64,000 nt of DNA from an uncultured Acidobacteriota bacterium (GTDB lineage Bacteria > Acidobacteriota > JAQAZP01), in assembly GCA_963836075.1 (NCBI GenBank), contig CAWIIB010000001.1:736001-800000 (forward strand). Reading direction: 5' to 3'. The notes under the pieces were generated by a model. That model searched no databases, was not told the DNA's origin, and was given only the letters and a program-made list of their open reading frames with translations. Below, piece after piece: positions 1 through 10,061 of the stretch (positions within the stretch are counted from its first letter, which is position 1; each line of letters begins with the position of its first letter). A program made the position numbers and the translations under genes.

Positions 1-781
1 GCCCCTCGGCCGAGTCGGGGGCCACGGCCAGCAGCTGGCGGACCACCTTCTCCGCCAGGTAGTAGAGCCCCTGATTGTTGTAGGCCACCGCCTTGTTCAG
101 CATGGCGCAGATATTTTTGGGGTCCATCTCCAGGGCCATGCTGAACTGGTTCACCGCCCCCTCCACCTCACCCTGCCCATAGAGGGAGATGCCCAGGCCA
201 ACATAGGCCTCGGCCCAGCCCGGGTGTTCGTCCATCAGTCGCCGGAACTGGTCGGCGGCCTCGCTGTGCCGGCCCATGCGCTCCAGCACATAGCCCTTGT
301 GCAGCCGGGCGGTCTGGCTGGAGGCGTCGATGCGCAGGGCCTCGTTGAGCTCCTCGAGGGCTCTTTCGTAGAGGCCTACGCTGTGCAGCATCGATCCCAT
401 CACCATGTGGGTGAAGCTGGAGTCGGGCCCCGATGATTCGGCCAGCCGGATCAGCGGGGCGATGGAGTCGGCCGAGTGGTGGGCCGGCAGGTGCAGGCGG
501 TGGGCCGCCCCGGGGTGGTTGTAGGCCCGGCGGCTGCGGCCGGTGAAGGGGATGACCCGTCCCGGTTCCTGGTCGGCCATGGCGGCCTCCAACGGACCGG
601 TCTCCGATTCCCCGTTCTTTGGTGCCGCCGTACCGCGGGAGAGCTGGAGGTAACAGATCTCGGAACAGACGATGTTCCGCCAGAGCGGCTCGACTTTTTC
701 CACGGGGTCCGACCCGAACGCACCCGTGCCGCCCTTGATATCACCGCCGCAGATCGGACAGCTGTCGGTCATTTTGACCAT
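1..781 (-). CDS. TPR-repeat protein with N-terminal CxxC...CSxxC putative Zn site (3'-partial, runs off the window)
   Basis: Manual minus-strand translation from ATG 781: MVKMTDSCPICGG...IVCSEICY...LYERALEELNEALRIDASSQTARLHKGYVLERMGRHSEAADQF...WAEAYVGLGISLYGQGEVEGAVNQFSMALEMDPKN; GAGG-rich RBS upstream; not in the ORF track because it has no stop in the window. Confidence 0.8.
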   Translation of the reverse strand, partial: MVKMTDSCPICGGDIKGGTGAFGSDPVEKVEPLWRNIVCSEICYLQLSRGTAAPKNGESETGPLEAAMADQEPGRVIPFTGRSRRAYNHPGAAHRLHLPAHHSADSIAPLIRLAESSGPDSSFTHMVMGSMLHSVGLYERALEELNEALRIDASSQTARLHKGYVLERMGRHSEAADQFRRLMDEHPGWAEAYVGLGISLYGQGEVEGAVNQFSMALEMDPKNICAMLNKAVAYNNQGLYYLAEKVVRQLLAVAPDSAEG

Positions 782-911
782 CACCCGGAATCCTCACCTC
801 GCAGGAGCCCCACTCCACGGTTACCATGAAACCGGCTCTCCCGTCTCTTTCATCGACTTCATATATAGTTCCCTGCAGTAAAATGTCAAACAGGGTTGTC
901 ACGGCACGAGG

Positions 912-3502
912 TCAATAGAGACGTCCGCCGGCCACGGCCCCGCCATGGGTCAGCCCCAGGCCGCCATAAGCATCGGCATCGAAGAGGTCCATCAGGGACA
1001 GGGACGGGCCGTCCGCGTTCCAGGCCCGCAGGTGCGGCCCCTGGCCGGGATCGGGCCCGGGCATGGTGAGGATTTCGTCGACCCCGTCACCGTCCAGGTC
1101 GGTGCAGGCCACCCTGGCGCCGTAAGCCGCACCGTCGTAGGCGAAGAAGTTCACCCCGGGCAGCGGGGCCACCGTGGAACCATCCCAGGCCCAGCCCCGG
1201 ACGTGCGCCCCGAAAATGCTTCCCGGCCCGGCCCCGGTGATGATCTCGTCGATGCCGTCACCGTCCAGGTCCCCGCAGGCCACGTTGACCCCGTATTTCA
1301 GCGTGCCGTAGGCAAAGAAACTGATGGCGGGGATGGATGCGGCCGGCCCGCCATCCACGTTCCAGCCCCGGACGTGGGGCCCGTACACCGCACCGGGCCC
1401 GGCGCCGGTGACGATCTCGTCATACCCGTCCCCGTCCAGGTCGCCACAGCAGACGTTGACACCCCACTTGGGCGTGCCGTAGGCAAAGAAGCTGACCCCG
1501 GGCAGCGGCGTGGCCGGGCCGCCGTCCACATTCCAGCCGCGCACGTGGGGTCCGAAAACCGCGCCGGGCCCGGCGCCGGTGACGATCTCGTCATACCCGT
1601 CCCCGTCCAGGTCGCCGCCGGCCACGTTGACCCCGTATTTCAGCGTGCCGTACGCAAAGAAGCTCACGCCGGCAACCGGCTCTCCCCGGGAGCTGAAAGC
1701 CCGCACGTGGGGGCCCAGCACGTCTCCCGGACCGGGACCGGTGAGCACTTCGTCCCGCCCGTCGCCGTCCAGGTCGCCGCAGGCCACGTTGACCCCGTAC
1801 CCGTCACGCCGTAAGCCTCCCAGCGGGTCAGCGGCCCGCCGGAGGCCAGGGAGCTCCAGGGGCGCACCGCCGGCGGGTTGACCTGGGCCGGCCCGGGTCC
1901 GGTGACCGCCAGCAGGCCGCTGACCGCCTCGCCGGTGCCCTGCCGCAGGCCGCGGTAGCAGTCCCCAGGGCCAACGAAGTGGAAGCGCTCCACACCGCCA
2001 TAGGGCCAGGTCACCAGGGCGCCCACCGCATCGTTCCTGGCCCCCATGCCGAAGTGCAGCGGCCGCATGTTCATCGTCCCGTCGCCGGTGGCCGACTCCA
2101 CCTGCCGGGCGCCGGAGAGCGTGCCGTCTTCGAAGACCAGCCGGGCCGACGCGCCAACGGCGTCGATGCCGCAGTGTTGCGGGTCCCCCTGCAGTATCAG
2201 CACCAGCCAGTGGTCACCTGTCCCGTCCGGGTCGAGGTCATTCCCCAGCAGGTGCTTGCCCGCCAGGTCGTCCAGGCCGCCGTTGAAGTAGAGGTCCACG
2301 TCGCCGTCCCGGTCGTAGTCGGCAACGGCCAGGCAGGAGATCTGGCGGAAGAATTTCTGCTGATCCAGGCCCATGGCCTGGGTGACGTCCTGGAACTGGC
2401 CGATCTGTTCCGGCCCCAGGTTCTCGAACAGATGGCCGTAGTGCTCGTACCACTGGCAGGCGATCAGGTCGAGGTCGCCGTCGTTGTCATGGTCCAGCCA
2501 GATGGCGCTGTGCCACTCGTTCTGCATCAGGGGCAGACCGTTGTCGTCGCTGGTGTTGAAAAAGGTGCCGTCGCCCTGGTTGCGGAAGATGGCCGCACGG
2601 CCGTGGATGTTGGCCACCACCAGGTCGAAGTCGCCGTCGTTGTCGTAGTCGCCCCAGGACGCCCCACTGGCCAGCCCGATGCCGTAGCGGCCGTGGGGCT
2701 CGATGTGCACCCCGGCCTCCTCCGCCGCATCCACAAAGTATCCGGCGCCGTCATTGCGCCAGAGCAGGTTCTCCCAGGAGGGGTCGGAAGGGGAGACGCC
2801 GTAGACCGGCACGAAGATGTCGAGGTCCAGGTCGCTGTCGTAGTCGCAGACCGCCACCCCCCGGGACTGCCGCTCGAAGTTGGTGTTGCCCAGCTGGGGG
2901 ATCCGCAGTTCGGTGACATCGGCCCAGGCGCCGGGGGAAGCGGCCTCGAACAGACGATCGGGCCCCCGGGTGTAGTTGGGCTCCCAGTTGCCGAAGATTG
3001 TCTGGTAGATCTCGCAGGCCCCGTCACCGTCGGCCTCGAAGAAGACCGGGGTTTCCGAGCGGAGGTTGGTGGGGTTCTGGTAAATGGTGCTGCGGCTGAA
3101 CGAGAATCCGGGAGGCCCGCCGTTGTCGTAGTAGTAGACCGCGGTGACCCTCCCCGCGGTGGTCACCAGGTCGCAGGACTGGACGCAGTCCTGGTCGCCG
3201 TCGTTGTCGGCGTCGGCCCAGCTCACCCGGTAGTCATGGCCCCATTCGGTATCCAGGCCCAGGCCCGTGGCCAGGGTGAACGTGCCGTCCCAATTGTTGA
3301 TGTAGAGAACGTCCCCGCCCAGGTGCAGGTCGGGGTAGCCGTCGCCGTCGGCATCGGGCCAAGCGGCGAAGGAGCCGCCGTCGATCTGCCCCGGTTCGGC
3401 CCCCAGCGCCGGCAGGGTCAGCTCCACGAACCCGGCAGCGGCCGGGGCCGTGATCAGGACCGGCAGCAGGACCAGGCAACAAACTTTCAGCACCCTCGAC
3501 AT
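912..3502 (-). CDS. Secreted FG-GAP/VCBS (CRTAC1/ASPIC-UnbV-like) protein with C-terminal GPGPG-type FG-GAP repeat module; frameshifted at ~1800
   Basis: ORF 1664..3502 has a signal peptide, DxDxDGDxD repeats and an ASPIC/UnbV-like segment (PLHFGMG); ORF 912..1787 continues after one missing base in the run at 1800-1802 (AYGVTG|YGVNVACGDLDGDG). Confidence 0.8.
1060..1800 (-). repeat. Intragenic tandem repeat with ~171-nt (57-aa) period, about 4-5 units
   Basis: Unit GDLDGDGxDEIxTGxGPGxxxGPHVRGWxxDG...FFAYG..KYGVNV; the DNA word ga(c/t)gatctcgtc recurs at 1239, 1410 and 1581. Confidence 0.85.
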
Positions 3503-3628
3503 CGCTCACCCTCCGCGGCAGCCGATGGTAAAAGAGGTCAATCCGGCGGATAATGGGGTCTGACGAATTGCCCGCTCCCCGATGGATCATTATACATCCA
3601 CCGGTGGCGGAGTGCCCGGAGTGATCTG

Positions 3629-4486
3629 ATGAACAAAACCTATGCCGGCCGATACCGCTGCTTCACGCTGGAGACGGGGACGCTGACCCTCGACGGGTCG
3701 AGTATGTTCCAGTCGGCGCCGCCCGAGGCCTGGAGACTCCATTTTCAGGTGGAGGACGACGGCAGCATGCTCTTTGCCGTGCGCAGCCTGCTGCTGCAGA
3801 GCCGGGCCTCCACGGTGCTGGTGGACACCGGCTGCGGCGACACCCTGCCCCAGGCACTGGTGGAGGAGTACGGTGTCCACTGCCCGGTCAACTCCCTCAC
3901 CGGGTCGCTGGCTGCGCGGGGCATCCCGCCCGACTCGGTGACCCACGTGGTGTTGACCCACCTGCACCTCGACCACCTCGGCGGGGCCACCACCCGCCGC
4001 GGCGGCGAACTGCGCCTCGCCTTCCCCCGGGCGGTGCACCTCGTGCAGCGGACCCAGCTGGAGTCTGCCCTCCGGCCGCGGCCCGCGGAGCGGGACTCTT
4101 ACATCGCCGAGGACGTGGCGCTCCTCGCCGGGTCGGAAGGCCTGCAGGTGCTGGACGGGCCCGGCGAGATCCTGCCCGGCCTGGAAGTGGGGGTGGCCGA
4201 CGGCCATACCGCCGGCCAGCAATACGTGGTGGTGCGGGATGACCGGCAGCCGCTGCTCTTTGCCGCCGATGTGATCCCCACCGCGGCCCACGTGCCCTTC
4301 CCCTGGTTCACCGCCTACGACCTGGACGGCCGCCTGGCGGTGCGGGAGAAGAAGCTGCTGCTGAAACGGGCCGCCCTGGAAAACCAGCTGGTGGTCTTCG
4401 ACCACGAGCCGCGCTTTGCCGCCTGCACCGTTGCCCGCGAGGGCCGGAGTTTCAGGATCGTGGAGCGCACAGCAACGCTCGGTTAG
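3629..4486 (+). CDS. MBL-fold metallo-hydrolase
   Basis: VLVDTG, THLHLDH (HxHxDH), GHT, FAADVIP and FDHE motifs. Confidence 0.9.
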   Translation: MNKTYAGRYRCFTLETGTLTLDGSSMFQSAPPEAWRLHFQVEDDGSMLFAVRSLLLQSRASTVLVDTGCGDTLPQALVEEYGVHCPVNSLTGSLAARGIPPDSVTHVVLTHLHLDHLGGATTRRGGELRLAFPRAVHLVQRTQLESALRPRPAERDSYIAEDVALLAGSEGLQVLDGPGEILPGLEVGVADGHTAGQQYVVVRDDRQPLLFAADVIPTAAHVPFPWFTAYDLDGRLAVREKKLLLKRAALENQLVVFDHEPRFAACTVAREGRSFRIVERTATLG

Positions 4487-4510
4487 AGCGTGAGAGGTGA
4501 CTGTCCCCAT

Positions 4511-5968
4511 CTAAAACGGCAGCACGCCCCAGCCGTAGAAACCGAAGAAGAAGCTGAGGATGGCCAGGTCTTCGCCGTCCACCACACCGTTGCCGTCAAG
4601 GTCCGCGGGCGGCAGCCACTGTTCGCCGTCCGACCCTGATCCAAAAGCATATGAAAAATGGCCCAGGTCAATGCCGTCCACCCGGCCGCTGAGGTTCACG
4701 TCGCCGCCCAGGGGCAGCCCGGCCATGGTCTGCTGGATGAGCCAGAGGGCGGCGGGCAGGTTTTCCTCGAAGGTGGGCTGGATGTCCGAGGGCGGGTTGA
4801 CGAAGCCGTCCAGCCCGTTGTCCGGTCCGGGGCGCAGTTCGACGGTGAAGGCCGGGATGCGAAACGTGCCGTAGGCCCAGTCGACGGTATCGCCGTTGAC
4901 CAGGTACAGCAGATCGTTTCCGCCCCCCTCGTATGGCACGCCGTGCACCGCGGTGATCATGTTGGCCATGGAGCGGGAGAGCCAGAGGAAGTACGACTCG
5001 TCCGCCGTGGGCTCGCTGGTGTAGCCCCAGGCCTTGAGCACCAGCTGGGAGAAGTTGTGGTAGCTGATCAGGGCGGAGAAAGGCCGCCCGGTGCTCATCA
5101 GGTCGCGGATGGCCGAGCTCTCCGGCTCGGAGAAAGGTGCCGGTCCGCGGTAGGTGCCGGAATTCGGGTTGCCGCTGGAACCTTCATTGTCATACCCCCA
5201 GCGGTAGCCGTAGTTGCGGTTGAGGTCCACCCCCCAGCTGCCGTTGCCGTTGTCCCGCCGGTTCTTGCGCCACAGCCGGTCATGTTCCACCGTGTAGACA
5301 TGGCCGTCCGGGTTGAGCATCGGCACCACCCAGGTCTCGGCCCCGCTGACACAGGCGGCAGCCTGGCCGCCGGCGCCGCTCTGCTCCAGCAGGTGGCGGC
5401 CGATGAGCAGCGTGGTCTCCACCGAGATCCATTCCCGGGCGTGGTGGCAGCCCACCAGCAGGATCCGCGGCTCATCCGCCTCGTCCAGGTCCACGTTGTC
5501 GCTGATCTTCAGCGCCCAGATGGGCCGCCCCTCAACACTCTGGCCGATCTGGTGCAGACTGGCGATGCCAGGGAAGGAGTCGGCCAGGTCGGCCAGTTCG
5601 CCGGACAGCTCGCCGTAGGTGTGGAAAGCCGATTCCTCCACCTGCCGGGAATTCCCCGTGCGGTAGATGGAGAGGTCCTCCCGCAGCACCAGGAAGCCCC
5701 CCCCGCCGGGGACCAGCGTGCCCAGCAGTTCCGGCGTGGCGATCACCACCGCCCCGTCATGCCCCACGGAGAGGATATCCACCTGGCTGGCGGCCAGGGA
5801 CCGCAGCAGCGCCGATCCGGGAACGGCGCCGGGCACCCGGGCCATCAGTTCGTCGGCCTCCGCCCTGGAGACGGCCGAAGGAGGAAGAATGAAGAAGAGG
5901 GCCGCCAGGGCCAGGCACGCCAGGAGGCGGGTGGTCGGAGCAGGATGCTGTGTCATCGTGGTCACCAT
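4511..5968 (-). CDS. Secreted M14 zinc carboxypeptidase (carboxypeptidase T-like) with C-terminal dockerin-like double EF-hand
   Basis: Signal peptide; GCHHAREW, WRKNRR, GVDLNRNY, ISYHNFS, FTVELRP; C-terminus GDVNLSGRVDGIDL...ADLDGNGVVDGEDL; start may be 5956. Confidence 0.9.
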   Translation of the reverse strand: MVTTMTQHPAPTTRLLACLALAALFFILPPSAVSRAEADELMARVPGAVPGSALLRSLAASQVDILSVGHDGAVVIATPELLGTLVPGGGGFLVLREDLSIYRTGNSRQVEESAFHTYGELSGELADLADSFPGIASLHQIGQSVEGRPIWALKISDNVDLDEADEPRILLVGCHHAREWISVETTLLIGRHLLEQSGAGGQAAACVSGAETWVVPMLNPDGHVYTVEHDRLWRKNRRDNGNGSWGVDLNRNYGYRWGYDNEGSSGNPNSGTYRGPAPFSEPESSAIRDLMSTGRPFSALISYHNFSQLVLKAWGYTSEPTADESYFLWLSRSMANMITAVHGVPYEGGGNDLLYLVNGDTVDWAYGTFRIPAFTVELRPGPDNGLDGFVNPPSDIQPTFEENLPAALWLIQQTMAGLPLGGDVNLSGRVDGIDLGHFSYAFGSGSDGEQWLPPADLDGNGVVDGEDLAILSFFFGFYGWGVLPF

Positions 5969-6081
5969 TGATGGGTGCGGGCCGGAACATCCCGGGCCCG
6001 CGGTTCGCCGCCACTATGATAGTATAACTGATCGTCGGCCCGGTGGCCGCGATTGCCATGCTTTTCAGCGAGGATCACCCG

Positions 6082-7197
6082 ATGATGGACCAGCGATACA
6101 GTGCCCTGGCCGCCACTTTGGTGGGCCATTCCACAAAACTGCAGGCCGGGGAAAAGGTTCTGGTGGAGGCCATCGACGTTGACCAGAACCTGGTGGTGGC
6201 CCTGATCAGGGAGATCCACCGGGTGGGCGGCATACCGCTGGTCAGCACCAAGCAGAACCGTGTGCTGGGCGAGCTCTACCGCGGTGCCACCCGGGAGAGC
6301 ATGTCCGCGGCGGCGGCCTCCGAGGCCAGCCGGATGCGCGGGGTGGACGCCTACATCGGCATCCGCGGCAGTCTCAACATCTGCGAGTACAGCGACATCG
6401 ATCCCCAGCGGCTGGAGTGCCAGCGCAAATACTGGTACCAGCCGGTGCACGCCGACATCCGGGTGCCCCGCACGCGCTGGGTGATCCTCCACTTCCCCAC
6501 CCCTTCCATGGCCCAGCTGGCCGAGATGAGCACCGAGGCCTTCGAGGAATTCTTCTTCCGCGTCTGCACCGCCGACTACGCCCGGATGTCAGAGGCCATG
6601 GACCCGCTGAAGCGGGTGATGGAAGCCACCGACCGGGTGCGGATCACCGGACCGGGCACCGACCTGCACTTTTCCATCAAGGGGATGCCGGCGGTGAAGT
6701 GCGACGGCGACCGCAACATCCCGGACGGTGAACTGTTCACCGCCCCCCGTCTGGACACGGTTGAGGGGGAGATCCTGTTCAATACCCGGACCATCTACCA
6801 GGGGACCACCTTCGACCAGGTCCGTCTCCGCTTCCGGGGCGGGCGGGTGACCCATGCCGAGGCGGACAAGAACGGCCGGCTGCAGCGGATCCTCGACACC
6901 GATGACGGGGCACGTCGGGTGGGCGAGTTCTCGCTCAGCTTCAACCCCCACATCACCCGGCCGATGCTCGACATCCTCTTTGATGAAAAAATCGCCGGAG
7001 CCCTGCACCTGGCCCTCGGCTCGGCCTATGACGACGCCGACAACGGGAACCGCTCCGGCATCCACTGGGACCTGATCCAGATCCAGACCCCCGCGGCCGG
7101 TGGCGGCCAGGTCTGGTTCGACGATAGACTGGTGCGGGAGGATGGCCGCTTCGTCCTACCCGAACTGGAAGGACTGAACCCGGAAAACCTGGCTTAG
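6082..7197 (+). CDS. M29 family aminopeptidase (AmpS/aminopeptidase II-like)
   Basis: NIPDGELFTAP, VGEFSL, LFDEKIAGALHLALG, SGIHWDLI; start chosen after GAGGA RBS. Confidence 0.9.
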   Translation: MMDQRYSALAATLVGHSTKLQAGEKVLVEAIDVDQNLVVALIREIHRVGGIPLVSTKQNRVLGELYRGATRESMSAAAASEASRMRGVDAYIGIRGSLNICEYSDIDPQRLECQRKYWYQPVHADIRVPRTRWVILHFPTPSMAQLAEMSTEAFEEFFFRVCTADYARMSEAMDPLKRVMEATDRVRITGPGTDLHFSIKGMPAVKCDGDRNIPDGELFTAPRLDTVEGEILFNTRTIYQGTTFDQVRLRFRGGRVTHAEADKNGRLQRILDTDDGARRVGEFSLSFNPHITRPMLDILFDEKIAGALHLALGSAYDDADNGNRSGIHWDLIQIQTPAAGGGQVWFDDRLVREDGRFVLPELEGLNPENLA

Positions 7198-7217
7198 GCT
7201 CTGAAGGGAATGTATCG

Positions 7218-7436
7218 ATGAAGATCAGTATCGAATATTGCGGTGAATGAAACTACCTGCCGAAAGCCGACGGTCTGTCGGTGGAAATCAGCAAAGAGGT
7301 GGACGCGGAGATCACCCTGGTCCGCTCCTCGGGCGGGGTGTTCGAGGTGTACCGGGACGGCGAGCTGATCTTTTCCAAGAAACGGCTGGGCCGTTTCCCC
7401 GAACCGGGGGAGATCGTCGACCTGCTGCTGGACTGA
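7218..7436 (+). CDS. Rdx family (SelW/SelT/SelH-like) selenoprotein with CxxU motif, 72 aa
   Basis: MKISIEYCGE-U(TGA 7248-7250)-NYLPKADGLSVEISKEVDAEITLVRSSGGVFEVYRDGELIFSKKRLGRFPEPGEIVDLLLD*; hallmark Rdx GxFEV and FSK..GRFP motifs lie downstream of the in-frame TGA. Confidence 0.9.
7266..7282 (+). promoter_or_regulatory. Putative bacterial SECIS hairpin
   Basis: gccgac-GGTCT-gtcggt stem-loop starting 15 nt after the UGA; loop resembles the E. coli fdhF SECIS apical GGUCU. Confidence 0.75.
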
Positions 7437-7452
7437 TGGCGGCCGTCCCGGT

Positions 7453-7872
7453 TCAGCGGGGCGGCCGGATCTCGAATGACGTCTCGATGGAGGTGTGGTC
7501 CCGCAGCATGGCCGCCACCGCGCAGTATTTCTCATCGGAGAGTTCGATGGCCCGGGCCACGTCTTTCTCCTTTACGTCATCCCCGTAAAAAATGAACTTG
7601 ACCCGGATATTTTGAAAGGTTTTCGGGTGCTCTTCGGCCCGGTCGGCCTCCAGTTCCACCTCGAAGTCGTCCAGTTTGACCCGCTTCTTGGCCAGGATGC
7701 TCAGCACGTCCATGCTGGTGCAGCCGCCCAGCCCGATGAGCACCAGTTCCAGCGGGCCGGTGGCCCCCGCGTGACCGCCCACCTTGGGCGAAGTGTCCAT
7801 GGTCACCCAGTGGCCGGAGTCGGCCTTGCCCAGCAGCCCCATGGTCCCGAATCGCTTCAGAGTCGCTTTCAT
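7453..7872 (-). CDS. OsmC/YhfA family protein
   Basis: PLELVLIGLGGCTSMDV and EKYCAVAAML (two conserved Cys). Confidence 0.9.
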   Translation of the reverse strand: MKATLKRFGTMGLLGKADSGHWVTMDTSPKVGGHAGATGPLELVLIGLGGCTSMDVLSILAKKRVKLDDFEVELEADRAEEHPKTFQNIRVKFIFYGDDVKEKDVARAIELSDEKYCAVAAMLRDHTSIETSFEIRPPR

Positions 7873-7967
7873 TCTTCTCCCCTGTCCATTTCAGTTGCCC
7901 TTGTCTCCCGGTCGCCGTCACAGGGCCGGTCCGGGGATGAGGTGCCATTGTAACAGGAAACTGGGGA

Positions 7968-10061
7968 TTACTGGACCGCCATCAATTTCGCGGTGGCCGC
8001 CTCGGCGTGTATCCCGTCCGGGGCCAGTTCGAGGTAGCGGCGCCAGTGGCCCGCCGCTTCGCTGTTGCGGCCCGAGGCGTGAAGGCAGGCGGCCAGCCCG
8101 TAGTGCGCGCCAGCGTAGTCGGGATCCAGCTCCAGTGCCCGGCGGTAGGACGCCTCGGCCCGGGCCGGGTCGCCCTTGCGGCTGTAAGCCATGCCGAGGT
8201 TGAAATGCGCCCGCTCCATGGCCGGGTCCAGCTCGGCGGCATGGCGGAACACGGAGATCGACTTGTCCACCAGCCCCGAGCGGAAGAGCGCCTCGCCGTA
8301 GTCCAGCTGGAAGAGCGCGTTGGTCGGGGCGAGACTCACCGCCCGGGAGAGACGCTGCACAGCCTCGGGGTAGCGTTCCAGACGCAGTGCGATAACCCCC
8401 AGGTTGTAGTGCGTCTCCTCGGCCTCCGGGTTGTAGCGCAACGCCTCCAGGTAGTGCTCCACGGCCTCCTGGTCACGGCCCAGCAACTGCAGGAGGAAGC
8501 CGGTCTTGAAGCGGACATTATGCCCGCCGGGGGATACGGCCAGGATCTCGAGGTAGACATCCAGCGCCTCCTCGTAGCGCTCCAGCTGGGTCAGGGTGGC
8601 GCCGAGGAACATTTTCGGTTCCAGGTGCACCATCTCCTTGGGATCGGGGGCCGGGCCGAAGAGGTCCGCGTTCCCTGCCGCGCCATCGCCGGTGACGTAG
8701 CCCAGGGCCAGCAGCTTCTCCCGCGTTTCGTCGTCAGTCCCGCCGGTCCCGGCCGCCGGCGCACCGCCTTCGGCTGTCAGGTCGTGCACCAGCTGTTCCA
8801 GGCGGCCGGCCAGTTCCCGCCCCCGGCCGTTCCAGCGGCCGTCCGGGTGGAGCAGCAGGTTGTCCAGTTCGGCGGGGTCGGCATCCAGATCGTAGAGTTC
8901 GGGAATCGGCGCCTCGATGTATTTCTGTCCCTCGCTGATCAGCGCCGCCAGCTCGCTCCAGCCGTAGTTGTAGCGCGGGTGCCAGGTCTCCATGTAGAGC
9001 AGCGATGAGCCGGCGCTGTCCGCCCCGTCGCGGACCGCCGCCGCAAAACTGCGGCCCTGAACCTGTTCTCGCAAGGCGCCGGCGTGCAGGCCCAGCAGAT
9101 CCAGCAGGGTGGGCGCCAGGTCGGCCAGGGCCGTCTGTTCGCCACACAGCGCCCCCTGGGGCACGGTCCCCGGCAGGCGGAGCACCAGCGGCACCCGGGT
9201 GGCGCTCTCGTAGATGAACAGGCCGTGGGTGTCCTCGCCGTGTTCGCCGAGGCACTGCCCGTGGTCGGCGGTGACCGCTACCAGCGTGTTCCGGTCCAGG
9301 CCCAGCCGCCGCAGCTGGGCCAGCACCCGTCCCAGCTGGCGGTCGCTGAAGGCGATCTCGCCATCGTAGAGATCATCGCGGAAGTGGCTGAAGAACGGTT
9401 CCGGCGGCACGTAGTCCTGGTGCGGGTCGAAGAGGTGCAGCCAGGCAAAGAAGGGCCTCCCCCCCTCCAGCCACTGGATCAGCCGGCCGCAGGTCTCGTC
9501 GGCCCGCCGTTCGGCCATGAACCCGAAGCGGGCCATGGAATCACGCTCCGGCATCTGGTCGTCATAGGTCTGGAAGCCCTGGTCCAGGCCGAAACGGTGG
9601 TCGAGGACAAAGGCCGAGACAAAGGCCCCGGTGCGGTAGCCGGCGGCGGACAGCATCTCGGCCAGGGTGTGGCGGTCCGGGGCCAGGGTGAAGACCCCGT
9701 TGGAACGCACCCCGTGGCCCGGCGGGTAGCTGCCGGTGAGGATGGTGGCGTGGGAGGGCAGGGTCACCGGCGTGGGCGCCGAAACCCAGGGCAGCACCGT
9801 GCCCTGCCGGGCCAGCCGGTCGATCACCGGGGTCATGGCCCGGGACCGGCCGTAGCAGCCCAGGCGGTCGGCGCGCACGGTGTCCAGGGTCACCAGCAGC
9901 AGGTTGGGGCCGTCGTGGACCGCTGCGGCACCGGTGCCGGAGACCGCGGCATCCTCCCCGCCCGGTCCGCCGCACGAAGTGGCGGCCAGGACGAGGAGTG
10001 CCGGCAGGAGAAAACGAATGGTGGACCGTTTCTTCAGGGCATGGTTCCCGTAATGGTGCAA
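7968..10061 (-). CDS. Sulfatase-like (alkaline phosphatase superfamily) lipoprotein with C-terminal TPR repeats
   Basis: Lipobox AATS-C; LLVTLDTVRAD, PVTLPSHATILTG, WLHLFDPH, TADHG, ELYDL..DP.E; TPRs in the last ~220 aa; start uncertain. Confidence 0.85.
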   Translation of the reverse strand: MHHYGNHALKKRSTIRFLLPALLVLAATSCGGPGGEDAAVSGTGAAAVHDGPNLLLVTLDTVRADRLGCYGRSRAMTPVIDRLARQGTVLPWVSAPTPVTLPSHATILTGSYPPGHGVRSNGVFTLAPDRHTLAEMLSAAGYRTGAFVSAFVLDHRFGLDQGFQTYDDQMPERDSMARFGFMAERRADETCGRLIQWLEGGRPFFAWLHLFDPHQDYVPPEPFFSHFRDDLYDGEIAFSDRQLGRVLAQLRRLGLDRNTLVAVTADHGQCLGEHGEDTHGLFIYESATRVPLVLRLPGTVPQGALCGEQTALADLAPTLLDLLGLHAGALREQVQGRSFAAAVRDGADSAGSSLLYMETWHPRYNYGWSELAALISEGQKYIEAPIPELYDLDADPAELDNLLLHPDGRWNGRGRELAGRLEQLVHDLTAEGGAPAAGTGGTDDETREKLLALGYVTGDGAAGNADLFGPAPDPKEMVHLEPKMFLGATLTQLERYEEALDVYLEILAVSPGGHNVRFKTGFLLQLLGRDQEAVEHYLEALRYNPEAEETHYNLGVIALRLERYPEAVQRLSRAVSLAPTNALFQLDYGEALFRSGLVDKSISVFRHAAELDPAMERAHFNLGMAYSRKGDPARAEASYRRALELDPDYAGAHYGLAACLHASGRNSEAAGHWRRYLELAPDGIHAEAATAKLMAVQ

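Noticed and set aside
1060-1800. Regularly spaced near-identical DNA repeats resembling a CRISPR array
   Set aside because: Period is 171 nt, in frame, encodes FG-GAP units; no unique spacers and no cas genes.
7247-7588. ORF-track 113-aa protein starting at the ATG overlapping the Sec codon
   Set aside because: Wrong frame; the frame from 7218 gives a clear Rdx protein.
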